A stretch of 64,000 nucleotides of DNA from a virus. The DNA lies in the IMG/VR virus record IMGVR_UViG_3300035701_000001; one strand, written 5' to 3'. Of this stretch, positions 9,208 to 18,773 are shown piece after piece. The notes below the pieces were generated by a model, which searched no databases, was not told where the DNA came from, and worked only from the letters and a program-made list of their open reading frames with translations. The position numbers were made by a program, and so were the translations under genes. Numbering within the stretch: the stretch's first letter is position 1; each line of letters begins with the position of its first letter.

Positions 9208-10338
9208 ATGATCCATCCGTATTTCAACCTCACGGGCGACGAGGCCAGGGGGCTGTTGTACGGGCTGCTCGAAGTGGACAAGATCCAGTTGAAGGCGAAT
9301 CCTTCGATGCCTTCGATCCGGAAGTTGATTCAGGAAGGCAGTATTCGTTACGAGCGGTCGGATCCTCAGGAACACTGGCAGTCCTACCGGGAACTCGTCG
9401 AACAGGTCCAGCAGGGCGGGGTCGGGTACGGGGATTGCGAGGACTTCGCCCCGGCAATTGCAGCCGAGGATCAGGTTCGACGTGGATTGAAATCAATTCC
9501 TGTGGCGTATACCCCTAAAGAAGGACTGTTTCACGTGGTGACAGCGGTTCCGACTTCGGGGGCGTCCTATGGAGTCACCCGGTTTCCAGACGCCCTCGGG
9601 GCTCCCAGGATGTCTGGGTATGTCCTCGAAGATCCTTCGGCAGCCGCAGGGATGGAAACCTTTGGGAGTACCGGGGTTCGTGGCAAGTCGGTGGGAGAGG
9701 CGAGGGAGCGGTTTGGTGGGATGCGGGAATTCCGGGAATTTTACGGAATAAAGGATGGTTCTTCCAAGTACACTCCTTCTCGTATCCTGGTCGAATCCGC
9801 GATGGGGCTTGCCGCCATCGAGGCGGAGGACTTTGGAAGGGCCGAGGAACTGGCCCGGAAGGTCTCCTCGATGCTCCGTGACATCCGAAAGCGCATGCCA
9901 GGCTATGACATCGATCCGGATACGCAGGAATTGCTGGAATGGTACGCCGATTTGTCGAGGGGTGAGGACACGGGGTACGAAGTCGAGTTTCCCGAGGATT
10001 CTGGTTTTGGAGCGATGGACAGGGGGGGAGAAACCCTGCGGGTGGATGCCGAATACCGGGATCGGTTGCGTCGACTGGGGGGGCAGGGGACCTGGTCTAC
10101 ACCCGTTGTCTCGATGTACTTTCGGGTTCGCAGGACAGTCCGTATCGGGCAGGGGTGTTTGATCCCCTCGTCTCTCTTGGACTTCCCTGTTCGTTCCGTG
10201 AAACCGGCTCCGAGTTCTATCGAGGAATTCGCTGGTTGTTACGGTTCTCTTTCGCTGTTTGGAGATCCGTTGCGGGACATCGAGGAACTCGATGACCTGG
10301 AACTCATGGATGAACCTGGAGTTTTTGAAGAGGATTGA
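9208..10338 (+). CDS. Transglutaminase-fold cysteine protease, candidate virion maturation protease
   Basis: GDCEDFA (Cys), FHVVTAV (His), LEDPS (Asp) in papain-like triad order; sits inside the structural cluster. Confidence 0.7.
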   Translation: MIHPYFNLTGDEARGLLYGLLEVDKIQLKANPSMPSIRKLIQEGSIRYERSDPQEHWQSYRELVEQVQQGGVGYGDCEDFAPAIAAEDQVRRGLKSIPVAYTPKEGLFHVVTAVPTSGASYGVTRFPDALGAPRMSGYVLEDPSAAAGMETFGSTGVRGKSVGEARERFGGMREFREFYGIKDGSSKYTPSRILVESAMGLAAIEAEDFGRAEELARKVSSMLRDIRKRMPGYDIDPDTQELLEWYADLSRGEDTGYEVEFPEDSGFGAMDRGGETLRVDAEYRDRLRRLGGQGTWSTPVVSMYFRVRRTVRIGQGCLIPSSLLDFPVRSVKPAPSSIEEFAGCYGSLSLFGDPLRDIEELDDLELMDEPGVFEED

Positions 10339-10412
10339 ATTAGAATCGAGGAGAGGTCCGGGTGCCGGAAATGGGTGGCCGGACTATGTTTCCCCCTGGA
10401 GGACATCTGACC

Positions 10413-12758
10413 ATGTACGGAGCATCGGACATCTACAACTCTCCCCTGTCTCGCAAGGAAATGTTCGGGGTCGAGGGTGGCATCTTCGTGGGAGGGATCA
10501 AGTCCAGGAAGGCACGGATCGAGCGTCTCTGTGACAAGATCAAGGGCTTCGTTTCGAAGACCGATCCGGATGCAGGGCCTGCGAACCTCAACGTGAAGAA
10601 GGTCACGAAGTGGGCAGGCAAGATCTCCAAGCACGTCGGAAAGGTGCTTGAAAAGGAATCGTCCTGGAAGGTTTCTCCGACGGTTCAAGCCATCCTCGAC
10701 TTCAGCAACTCGAAGGACTTCGAACAGCTTCACCAGGACCTCGGATTCTCGGTGGGTGGGGCTCGTTCTGCGGCGGAAGATGTCTCCGAGGCGGGGGAGT
10801 ACGCTCCCGAGGAAGATACCTACCAGGACATCGAGCGCAGTGCCTGGGAGGATCCCTACTCCATGGCCGAGTATGGCCCAGAAGGAGGGTATACCACTCC
10901 CGAGGGGACCTACGTGGCTCAGGGCTTCCCGACCGCCTCGCAGTACTACGAGCAGTACCCCTCCGCGTTCCAGACGGGTCCCTCCTACCCGTCTCCGCTC
11001 TACCCGCGCTGGAACCGGTGGGCGGAACGGCATCCGCACAAGGCCTATGCATTGACCCATCCGCATCGAGCGGCTCGCCAGGCGGCTCGTCATGCGGCTC
11101 GGCAGTCGGCCTATACCTATCGTCCCACCACGCACGCGATGCCGATGCGGAGGGCGGGTCCGATCTCTCGCGGAGCCGGACTCCGGGGAGCCGGACGTCG
11201 GTTCGGTGGAGTCGAGGGGGCGATCTACGCAGGTGTGGGCGATGCTTTCGATCGGGTGGACCTCTTCGGAAAGAAAGACACTCGTAGCCACGATGAAATC
11301 TGGCGCGAATTTGCGGCAAAGAACCCGAGGAAGGCACTCAAGATGTTGGAAGACATTCGTCAACGTGGGGAAGGATCTGCAGAATCGCGTCGTGAAAGAG
11401 GGCGTGTCTTTGACTTGTGGGCCTCTCGTCATCCGAAGAAGGCACACAAGTACATGATGAAGATGAAGGAAGAAGCAAGGGAAAGATCAGAGGAACGGGA
11501 AGGGTTTTCCGGTTTCTTGGATGAGTCCATCTATGCGGGGGTGGGCGATGCGATGGATCGCCAGGACCTGTTCGGTGGACTGCAGCGCACCGATCTGTTC
11601 GGTGGACTGCAGCGCACCGATCTCTTCGGTTCGGCCACGGGCATGGATCCGACCATTGGGCTCGGATCGTTCATGCCCATTCGCGAGAACCAGAGCCTCG
11701 ACCGGCTCGACACGCTCTTCGAGGACTTCGAGGAGTCGGACGAGGATGCGGCTCTCCTGGACCTCGACCTGGATGACGAGTCTGGGGAACTGGAAGAGGT
11801 GGGCTTCCGCCCTGGTCGTGGCAGGCGGGGACCCGGTCGCATGGCCCGTATGGAATCTCGTCAGCAGCACAAGCTCGGCAGGGCTCAGCTTCTCCGTGAG
11901 AAGGCAGCCGCCATGGCGGCCACCCATCCGCGCCGGGCGGCTCGGCTGAATTGGCTCGCGGATCTGGCCGAGAAGCGCGCAGGGCGGATCGAACAGCACC
12001 AGCAGCAGATCGAATCTCGCAGAGGTACGGCGGCCTACGGGGCCCTGACCTTCTGGCAGCAGCACGAAGCGGCTCGTACCGACCAGATCGAGGCGGCTCT
12101 GCAGGCAGCGGATCCCGCTTCCCTCGATTCCATCAGCGCGCTCGTCGAGCACTACTACAACAACACGAATGATCCGGACGACCGGGTCCAGCGCAAGATG
12201 GACAAGCTGGCCGAGAAGATCATGGGCCGGCTCGGGGCCACCTGGCAGCCGATGGATTACGAGACCCAGACGGCGTTCAACACGGGAGCTTCTGCCTTCG
12301 AGGCGGCGACCAGCGATGTCGAGCACCTGGCTTCCTACGGTTTCCTCGCCCGTGACGTCGCCCGTCGTCTGACCCGTCTGCAGCGTGAGTACGCCCAGGT
12401 TCGCCGGGCGGGTGGCAAGAACGCGGAAGAGAAGGCCGAGAAGATCCTCGGGGAGATCGCGGTTCTCTCGAAGCGCATCGAGGCCTTGAAGGCCATGCCG
12501 AACGTCGGGGTGATGGGGCAGGAGTCCAGTGCTCCCTATGCTCCCATGCGGACGCCCGAGGAATTGGGCGATGGATCCCAGGCCGAGCCCAGGGCTTCGT
12601 ATGCGCCGACGGACGAGGAGATCTCCAGGGCCATTCAGCCGAGGAAGGTACTTCCCTTCGGTGTGGGCGAGGATGTTCCGGACGATCCCGAGGTGGATCA
12701 GTTGGAAGAAGACGAGGATTGGGATGATCTCAACGTGTCCAGCCTCGGTGGTGACTAG
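10413..12758 (+). CDS. Large modular virion protein / candidate core polyprotein
   Basis: GGAGGAC RBS; MYG start; alternating basic and acidic modules; internal repeats; strong codon bias. Confidence 0.8.
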   Translation: MYGASDIYNSPLSRKEMFGVEGGIFVGGIKSRKARIERLCDKIKGFVSKTDPDAGPANLNVKKVTKWAGKISKHVGKVLEKESSWKVSPTVQAILDFSNSKDFEQLHQDLGFSVGGARSAAEDVSEAGEYAPEEDTYQDIERSAWEDPYSMAEYGPEGGYTTPEGTYVAQGFPTASQYYEQYPSAFQTGPSYPSPLYPRWNRWAERHPHKAYALTHPHRAARQAARHAARQSAYTYRPTTHAMPMRRAGPISRGAGLRGAGRRFGGVEGAIYAGVGDAFDRVDLFGKKDTRSHDEIWREFAAKNPRKALKMLEDIRQRGEGSAESRRERGRVFDLWASRHPKKAHKYMMKMKEEARERSEEREGFSGFLDESIYAGVGDAMDRQDLFGGLQRTDLFGGLQRTDLFGSATGMDPTIGLGSFMPIRENQSLDRLDTLFEDFEESDEDAALLDLDLDDESGELEEVGFRPGRGRRGPGRMARMESRQQHKLGRAQLLREKAAAMAATHPRRAARLNWLADLAEKRAGRIEQHQQQIESRRGTAAYGALTFWQQHEAARTDQIEAALQAADPASLDSISALVEHYYNNTNDPDDRVQRKMDKLAEKIMGRLGATWQPMDYETQTAFNTGASAFEAATSDVEHLASYGFLARDVARRLTRLQREYAQVRRAGGKNAEEKAEKILGEIAVLSKRIEALKAMPNVGVMGQESSAPYAPMRTPEELGDGSQAEPRASYAPTDEEISRAIQPRKVLPFGVGEDVPDDPEVDQLEEDEDWDDLNVSSLGGD
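11565..11630 (+). repeat. 27-bp in-frame tandem repeat (DLFGGLQRT x2 + DLFG)
   Basis: GA(C/T)CTGTTCGGTGGACTGCAGCGCACC at 11565-11591 and 11592-11618, partial third copy. Confidence 0.95.
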
Positions 12759-12761
12759 ACC

Positions 12762-12998
12762 ATGAACGGAGCGATCCGCTGCGTGGATGCCCACGGCAAC
12801 CCGATGGACTTCTGTCCGGTCGGGGTGCCAGGGGCTGCAGGGGATCGCTCCGGGGTCCGTCCCGGTTTCACCACGTTTGGTGGCTATTCTCCTGACCCTC
12901 TCCGGGATCGTGGGTACGAGTACAACAAGGCCGGGTATCTGCAGGGTAGCTACGATTCCTGGCGTGCACAGTTCCAGCGGTGGAGAAACCCACGATGA
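12762..12998 (+). CDS. Small hypothetical protein of the structural cluster
   Basis: 78 aa; fills the gap between coupled neighbours; ATGA overlap with the next gene. Confidence 0.65.
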   Translation: MNGAIRCVDAHGNPMDFCPVGVPGAAGDRSGVRPGFTTFGGYSPDPLRDRGYEYNKAGYLQGSYDSWRAQFQRWRNPR

Positions 12999-14473
12999 GC
13001 CCGAAGCTTGACGATGTAGATGAGTTCGACATCTCGAAGGAAACCCTGTACGTAGGGGATCCAGACGAGAGCGAAGACGAGGACGAAGAGGAAGACAAGG
13101 ACAAAGCCTTGCTGGAAGCTTTGTTCAGTGATTCCTCTGACCCTTCGGCTGACGATTCCTTGGACGAGGAGATCGACTCTGCCCTGTCGGACGAGTCCCC
13201 TACACAGAGACTGTGGGAGTTTCCGGACGAATCCCTCAACGTTCAATCATTTGAACACCAGGAGACCCGCAAGCCCAAGGTGAGTCGCCGTGCATTTGCT
13301 TCCGATGCTCGCCGTTCGATGGACGTTTCCCATGAGGAATCCTATGGGCTCGGCTACGAGTCGGGCTACGTGCAGGCCCTGAAGGATATGGGCGTCGAAG
13401 GGGATACCCTATGGGATGCCTACGGCGGACTCGTGAAGAAGGGCATCCAGGGAGCAGGTGGTATCTTCTCCTCGGCAGCCCGTGGGTTCCTCGGGACCAC
13501 TCCCAAGGAAGCTGCGAAGGAACTTCGTGGAGAAGTCGGCAAGGAACTCCAGGGACAGATCCGCAAGCAACTCGGTGTGGCTGGCAAGCCGACCCAGATG
13601 GCCGAAGAATTGGGCAAGCAGTTGCGCCAGCAGGCCCTTGGGGTTGTCGAGGCGGATGAGTCGACACTTCCCCCCGTGTACGTGGAGGACAAGGAGGGGT
13701 TCGAGGAGGACCTGGCACTCGATGAAGGGTCCGAACCCATCGAACTGGACGACAGCCTTCTGGTCCAGGAAGAGTTCGGGGCGACGGCGAAGCACGGGTT
13801 CTTTGCGAGTCAGCCCCGGCATCGCATCCGGGAAGCTGCGAAGAAAGCGATGATCGGTGGGCAGGCATCTCTCAAGACGGCCACTCCGTCGGGTCCTGCT
13901 CCTTTCGTCGAGGATCCCGAGGCGGCTCCGAAGCTCTACTCGACCGGTCGGATCGTGGATGCGGTCTACGGGGAGATGAGCCTGGTCCCGTGTCCGTCCT
14001 GCAGCCGGATCCCCGAGAAGTTTGCTGGGATGGGCAAAGCCGAGAACTGTCTGGTCTGCACGCAGTACGGGGCCATCCTGATTCCGAAGTCCGACATCAG
14101 CCACTACGTGGCTTCGACGAGCTACGGTATCTTGCCTTTGCTCGTGGCAGCGGTTTCCTCAGCCACCCCGAAGATCATGGAACAGGCTTCGAAGGGAAAG
14201 CTTTTCCCGAAGGCCATGGCCAAGCTGAAGACCTGGCTGTCCGGCAAGAAGGCCAAGACCGAGGCACTTCCCTCTGATTCCAGTATCGATCTCGATCTGG
14301 ACAAGGAGAGCGAGGAAGAGTCCGAGACGGATCCCTATGACATCTCTGGAGTCGAAGAGATGTTCGGTGGAGTCGAGGAAGAACCAGAAGAGGACGTCGA
14401 GGAACAGGATCTTCCGGAGGAGTATGGGGTCGTCCGTGCTCTCGTTCCGAGTCGGTACCGGTTCAACCGGTAG
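12995..14473 (+). CDS. Acidic modular virion protein with CxxC..CxxC and a pX-like peptide
   Basis: D/E-rich ends; eight [YF]G sites; CPSC..CLVC; SYGILPLLVAAVSS. Confidence 0.8.
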   Translation: MSPKLDDVDEFDISKETLYVGDPDESEDEDEEEDKDKALLEALFSDSSDPSADDSLDEEIDSALSDESPTQRLWEFPDESLNVQSFEHQETRKPKVSRRAFASDARRSMDVSHEESYGLGYESGYVQALKDMGVEGDTLWDAYGGLVKKGIQGAGGIFSSAARGFLGTTPKEAAKELRGEVGKELQGQIRKQLGVAGKPTQMAEELGKQLRQQALGVVEADESTLPPVYVEDKEGFEEDLALDEGSEPIELDDSLLVQEEFGATAKHGFFASQPRHRIREAAKKAMIGGQASLKTATPSGPAPFVEDPEAAPKLYSTGRIVDAVYGEMSLVPCPSCSRIPEKFAGMGKAENCLVCTQYGAILIPKSDISHYVASTSYGILPLLVAAVSSATPKIMEQASKGKLFPKAMAKLKTWLSGKKAKTEALPSDSSIDLDLDKESEEESETDPYDISGVEEMFGGVEEEPEEDVEEQDLPEEYGVVRALVPSRYRFNR

Positions 14474-14483
14474 GAGGGGCTCC

Positions 14484-14852
14484 ATGCGTTACGGTGGATG
14501 TACCTACGGGATGCGGGCTCCACGGCTCGGGGGAGGGGGGGGCGCTCACCCCATGATGACTCCACGTTCCTTTGGTTCTCCCCGTTCCTTTGGTTCTCCT
14601 CGTGGAATCGGAGCTTTTCCTCGTCTGGGGGGTGGGATTCATCCCCATCGGTTTCCTCCTTTTCACAGGGGGACTGGACGTGCCTGGTTTCATCCACGCC
14701 GTCGGTTTGTTCCGACGTACTACTCCCCAGGCTCTTACTGGGCCTATCCGTGGTATGTCCATCCCGTGGATGAAATTCCCTATGAAGTGACGGAACTGGA
14801 TCTCGATGAGTTGTCGGATCAGGCGGTCTTGGAGCTTGGATTTTCCGGATAG
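14484..14852 (+). CDS. Small Arg/Gly/Pro-rich protein with acidic tail
   Basis: AGGAGG RBS; MRYGGCTYG; PRSFGS tandem repeat (18 bp x2 at 14565-14600). Confidence 0.7.
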   Translation: MRYGGCTYGMRAPRLGGGGGAHPMMTPRSFGSPRSFGSPRGIGAFPRLGGGIHPHRFPPFHRGTGRAWFHPRRRFVPTYYSPGSYWAYPWYVHPVDEIPYEVTELDLDELSDQAVLELGFSG

Positions 14853-14862
14853 GAGCAGGAAC

Positions 14863-15645
14863 ATGAATCGGTGGTACGGTGATCAATACGGTGCGGTGCG
14901 GATGCCTTTCCGTCCCTCGGTTCGTTCGGGTGTTCTCTCCGGGAAGACTCCTCTGTCGACCGCCCGGTACCCGAACTTGATGTCCCGGATCCGGCAGGCA
15001 GCCTCTGCTCGCCAGGGATCGTCTCTCGTTCCTCCGCTTGCTCCTGGATCGTCTGGATGGGAAGGCCTGTCCCCGCAGTGGGCGGCCAGTCCCTATGCGG
15101 CTCCCGAGTATGTTCCCGAGTCTCCGGAGTACCAGGAGCCGGTGGAGATTCCCGAGGAGTTCTTCGACGATCTCTCCGAACAGGCACTCTATGACATTGG
15201 ACTCGGGGGGAGCCAGGTGCCGCTGGAGGAGATGGAGGAATTCGGATTCTTCAGCCCGGAACGTCTGAAGCGAGACAAGGTTGAAACCAATGGGGTACCT
15301 CACAAGGGAGCAGAGCTTGCAGCCGCTGGCTACGGCTCCATGCAGACGATGGATCCCTCCCATGGTCGTCGCCTTCCCATCCTCGCTTCTCATGCGCGGG
15401 CCATGGGTTCTTCCCAGAGGGGCCCCGATGAGCGTGCGAGGGAACGGCGGGGCATCATCGATCGGTTTGGATTGGAAGTTCCCCGTCCGGAAATCCTTCC
15501 TTCCTCCTACCGGACCCCGGTGGTCGATACGCGTCCTGACATGTCGTTCGAATCGAGTTTGAAGATGGGAGCGGGGATCGCAGTCGGTTTCCTGGCGGTC
15601 GGTGGGATCGCTGCTCTGCTGGGACATGCTTTTTCGGGACGGTGA
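14863..15645 (+). CDS. Putative virion membrane protein (C-terminal TM helix)
   Basis: AGGA RBS; MNRWYGDQYG; C-terminal GAGIAVGFLAVGGIAALLG. Confidence 0.8.
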   Translation: MNRWYGDQYGAVRMPFRPSVRSGVLSGKTPLSTARYPNLMSRIRQAASARQGSSLVPPLAPGSSGWEGLSPQWAASPYAAPEYVPESPEYQEPVEIPEEFFDDLSEQALYDIGLGGSQVPLEEMEEFGFFSPERLKRDKVETNGVPHKGAELAAAGYGSMQTMDPSHGRRLPILASHARAMGSSQRGPDERARERRGIIDRFGLEVPRPEILPSSYRTPVVDTRPDMSFESSLKMGAGIAVGFLAVGGIAALLGHAFSGR

Positions 15646-15693
15646 ACGTTCCGCGTGATACGAATTCCGAGTAACCTTGCACAAGAGGACACC

Positions 15694-16722
15694 ATGGCCA
15701 CACAACCTCCGTACAACGCCTTCGACGACATCTTCGACGACGAGAACCTGAATCTCGATCTCGAATTGGAGGACATCGACACGGACTCCCCGTACTACGG
15801 TGCCGGAGACGACGATGATCTTCCCGCACTCGAAGCCGAGGTGGATGCCGAGACGTTCGGACAGGAATCGGAGATCGAGTCTCCGGAAGACATCGAGTGG
15901 GCTTCCACCCCGTGGAGTCTGCCCGAGGCCGAAGAGACCTCCGAGGAGCAGTCCCAGTTCGCGGAGCCGATGGCCCAGGGCAACGTCGAGGATCTCTTCG
16001 AACTCGGCAACGTGCTGCTGCCGACCGCCTACCAGGACGGAACCCTCGAAACCCTCGTGAAGTGGGCGACGAGTTCGTTCGGTGGGGACGATGCGCGCGG
16101 TATCGTGACTGCCATGCAGGACATGAAGAACCCCTCGCTCGCGGACTGGAAGTCCATGAACGAGTCCCAGCGCGAGACGTTCGTGATGGACGCCATCAAG
16201 CGCGCGGCGATTCCCGGAATCCCGTTCCGTTCCTGGGACAAGCTCCAGGATGCCTGGAACCAGGGGAACGGACCCATCAACACCGCCTGGAAGCTCGTCA
16301 CGACCACACCGTCCGCGCTGTGGAGCCTCGTGTCTCGTGACTTCCCGACGCTGACCGCCGCCTGGATCGACGAGGTCATGCCGATTCCCGGTGTGGAACT
16401 GACCCGGCACGAGGTCCTGAACCAGAAGGCCATGTTCTACTGGTTCCTGGAGATGCTCGGCTACGACGTCGTCAAGGGAATCGCAGCCCAGATGACCGTG
16501 TACTTCGATCAGTACGGCTATCCCACCCCGGTGGGCGAGCAGGCCTTCGAGGTCCCGTCGACCGAGGTCGAGGTCGAGGAAGGGGGCGAAGCGTTCTTCC
16601 CCGGTCCCGCGATGGAGATCGCACCGCCCAGGGCCGAGTCGGTCCTTCCGCGTCCGCAGACCATCCTCGCGTTCGGATACGGGCTCATGATCGCCGGGTC
16701 GCTCACGGGCCTGATCAAGTAG
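15694..16722 (+). CDS. Putative abundant virion membrane protein (C-terminal TM helix)
   Basis: AGAGGACACC RBS; extreme codon bias; acidic N-terminus; C-terminal ILAFGYGLMIAGSLTGLI. Confidence 0.8.
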   Translation: MATQPPYNAFDDIFDDENLNLDLELEDIDTDSPYYGAGDDDDLPALEAEVDAETFGQESEIESPEDIEWASTPWSLPEAEETSEEQSQFAEPMAQGNVEDLFELGNVLLPTAYQDGTLETLVKWATSSFGGDDARGIVTAMQDMKNPSLADWKSMNESQRETFVMDAIKRAAIPGIPFRSWDKLQDAWNQGNGPINTAWKLVTTTPSALWSLVSRDFPTLTAAWIDEVMPIPGVELTRHEVLNQKAMFYWFLEMLGYDVVKGIAAQMTVYFDQYGYPTPVGEQAFEVPSTEVEVEEGGEAFFPGPAMEIAPPRAESVLPRPQTILAFGYGLMIAGSLTGLIK

Positions 16723-16728
16723 GTCCCG

Positions 16729-16965
16729 ATGGGCGCTCGCCCACGATATGGCTCTGCGACCGCTTCTCCTGTCGAAGTTCTCGACCGTGACCAGGTCATG
16801 AAAGAGAGTTTTCGCAGGGAGGCGGTCGAGTCACTTTCCCAGCAACTCGCGGCGGAGCGCCAGGAGCAGGCCGGGATCGGCCAGGCGGAGACCCTCACCG
16901 CGTTGCTCGTGACGACCGTGGTGGGCCTTGCGGTGTTCTCTGCGCTCACGAAGGGGGGGAAATGA
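16729..16965 (+). CDS. Small membrane protein
   Basis: 78 aa; C-terminal LTALLVTTVVGLAVFSAL; RYG near the N-terminus. Confidence 0.75.
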   Translation: MGARPRYGSATASPVEVLDRDQVMKESFRREAVESLSQQLAAERQEQAGIGQAETLTALLVTTVVGLAVFSALTKGGK

Positions 16966-17570
16966 CTCGCAAGGTACGGTACGGGCAGTCTTCTCTCGCA
17001 GCGTACGTTCCGGGGCTCCGTTCGTCTCCCGTGGATCAACACCTCGTTCGACCCCGTTCGAGTCCAGAGGGGCATCGGGGAATCGAGTTGACGATGTTTC
17101 CGCCTCAGGATGAGGTCCTGGGCGAGATCGAAGGGGACCTTGACGAGGACGAGGAGGAATTCGTCTTCGAGGAGGAGGATTCGGATATTCCGGATGAGCC
17201 CCTGAGCCCGATCGATGGATTCCTGGAGTCGATGTTTGAGATCCCTCCTTCTTTCGGGGTTCTCTACCCTTCGGCACCCTATGCGAAGCCGATGCCGAGG
17301 ACGCATGCGGATTCGGCTGTTCTCCGGACTCAGTCTGGATTCACTGGATATCGAGGGGCACGGGACCGTTTCCTCATCCCGCCTGCCGAGTCGGCTTCCT
17401 GGGATCCTTCTCTCTCTCCTCCGGGTTCTGCTCCACAGGAACCCGAACAGGAGACCTACGGCAAGTTTCCGGAGTCCTTCGAGTACGGGGGGGGATACGA
17501 GGGGAAAGCCCTCGCTTTGCTCGGTCTTGTGCTGCTCTATCGCATGGCGACCTCGGGGGAAGGCGAATAG
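16962..17570 (+). CDS. Putative membrane protein (C-terminal TM helix)
   Basis: ATGA-coupled; acidic middle; C-terminal ALALLGLVLLYRMA. Confidence 0.75.
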   Translation: MTRKVRYGQSSLAAYVPGLRSSPVDQHLVRPRSSPEGHRGIELTMFPPQDEVLGEIEGDLDEDEEEFVFEEEDSDIPDEPLSPIDGFLESMFEIPPSFGVLYPSAPYAKPMPRTHADSAVLRTQSGFTGYRGARDRFLIPPAESASWDPSLSPPGSAPQEPEQETYGKFPESFEYGGGYEGKALALLGLVLLYRMATSGEGE

Positions 17571-17594
17571 ATTTCCCCGTAGAGGACATTGACC

Positions 17595-18773
17595 ATGGCG
17601 AAGTACAGGGACCTGAGTGAATACGGTGGGATGATGCCGACACGGAGTTCGGCGGGGTTCATCCGCCGGTCGGGGATCCCGGAGATCCGTGGGGTTTCCC
17701 CCACTCCGTCTTTTCCTGACGATCCCCGTCTGAGGGGGTTGACCCCCGAACAGCTTCGCGGATCCCCTCTTCCCGATTCGACTACCCTTGCGGGCCGTGC
17801 CTACTCGGTGATGACGCCGGATCCGTACGCCGAAGTGGTCCGCCGGGAACTGGAGATCGGCAGGCGGTTGCCGAGGCCGTACCAGGCTCCGACGGCTCTG
17901 GCAGGCAGGCGGCTCATGCCGACCGAGTACTACGAATCGAACTACCAGCCACTCGACTCCGAGCGTGCCATCTATCCGGCTGCGGACATCGCAGGACGGC
18001 GTTCGACGCTTTCGGGGACCTTCGGCCAGGACATCGCCCAACCGATGCCGTGGTCTGCCCGAGAGCAGATGGGGTATACCGAGTCCCGGTCTCGGGGTCC
18101 CGGTCTCTCCAGCGAGTGGGACACACAAGCTCACCGGGAACGCATGTCGGGCAAGGTCTCTGCTCCAGGGACCTTTTCCCAGAGGGTGGATCCTCGGTAT
18201 CCGTTCTTCCATGTCATGGCGAAGGGAGATGGGACGGGTCTTCCGGAAGGGTATGCCTCTGCGGGAAATGCACGGGTCAAGGTGACGGTGGGTCGGTTCG
18301 AGACGGGGGGTGCGACGACCAGCCGGGAGTTCTACGTCGGAGGAGGGTTTACCGGGTTCTTCGATCTGCAGGGATGGGATCAACTGACCTTCGAGGTGGT
18401 CTACATCTCCCCCGGAACGGTCGTGGAGTTTTCCTGGACCACCACGGCGATTCAGGCGGGGAACAAGACCCTGTACTACCTCGAAGTACTGCACAATGGT
18501 GTAGGAAGTATCCAGCCTGTTCCCGAGGGAGCCTATTCGGTGATCGTCAACAAGATGGTGGGCTGGACTTCTGGATCGTTTTCCTGGTGGACGGACATCG
18601 GGGGTATTCCTACTTCTCTCATCATTCGGTTTGATGATGGAACCACAGGGTTGGTAAACCAGTTTGGAACACCGATTCCCGTGGCTGGAACGATGTATGC
18701 CCCTCCGGTCATCGTCGGGGGGGGGGTGGCTGGGCAGGACGTACCTGTCCTGTGGAATCTCCGTCCGATCTAG
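17595..18773 (+). CDS. Putative minor capsid/vertex protein (P/R-rich N-half, beta-rich C-half)
   Basis: AGAGGAC RBS; SEYGG near the N-terminus; about 190-aa aromatic beta-strand-rich C-terminal domain. Confidence 0.7.
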   Translation: MAKYRDLSEYGGMMPTRSSAGFIRRSGIPEIRGVSPTPSFPDDPRLRGLTPEQLRGSPLPDSTTLAGRAYSVMTPDPYAEVVRRELEIGRRLPRPYQAPTALAGRRLMPTEYYESNYQPLDSERAIYPAADIAGRRSTLSGTFGQDIAQPMPWSAREQMGYTESRSRGPGLSSEWDTQAHRERMSGKVSAPGTFSQRVDPRYPFFHVMAKGDGTGLPEGYASAGNARVKVTVGRFETGGATTSREFYVGGGFTGFFDLQGWDQLTFEVVYISPGTVVEFSWTTTAIQAGNKTLYYLEVLHNGVGSIQPVPEGAYSVIVNKMVGWTSGSFSWWTDIGGIPTSLIIRFDDGTTGLVNQFGTPIPVAGTMYAPPVIVGGGVAGQDVPVLWNLRPI

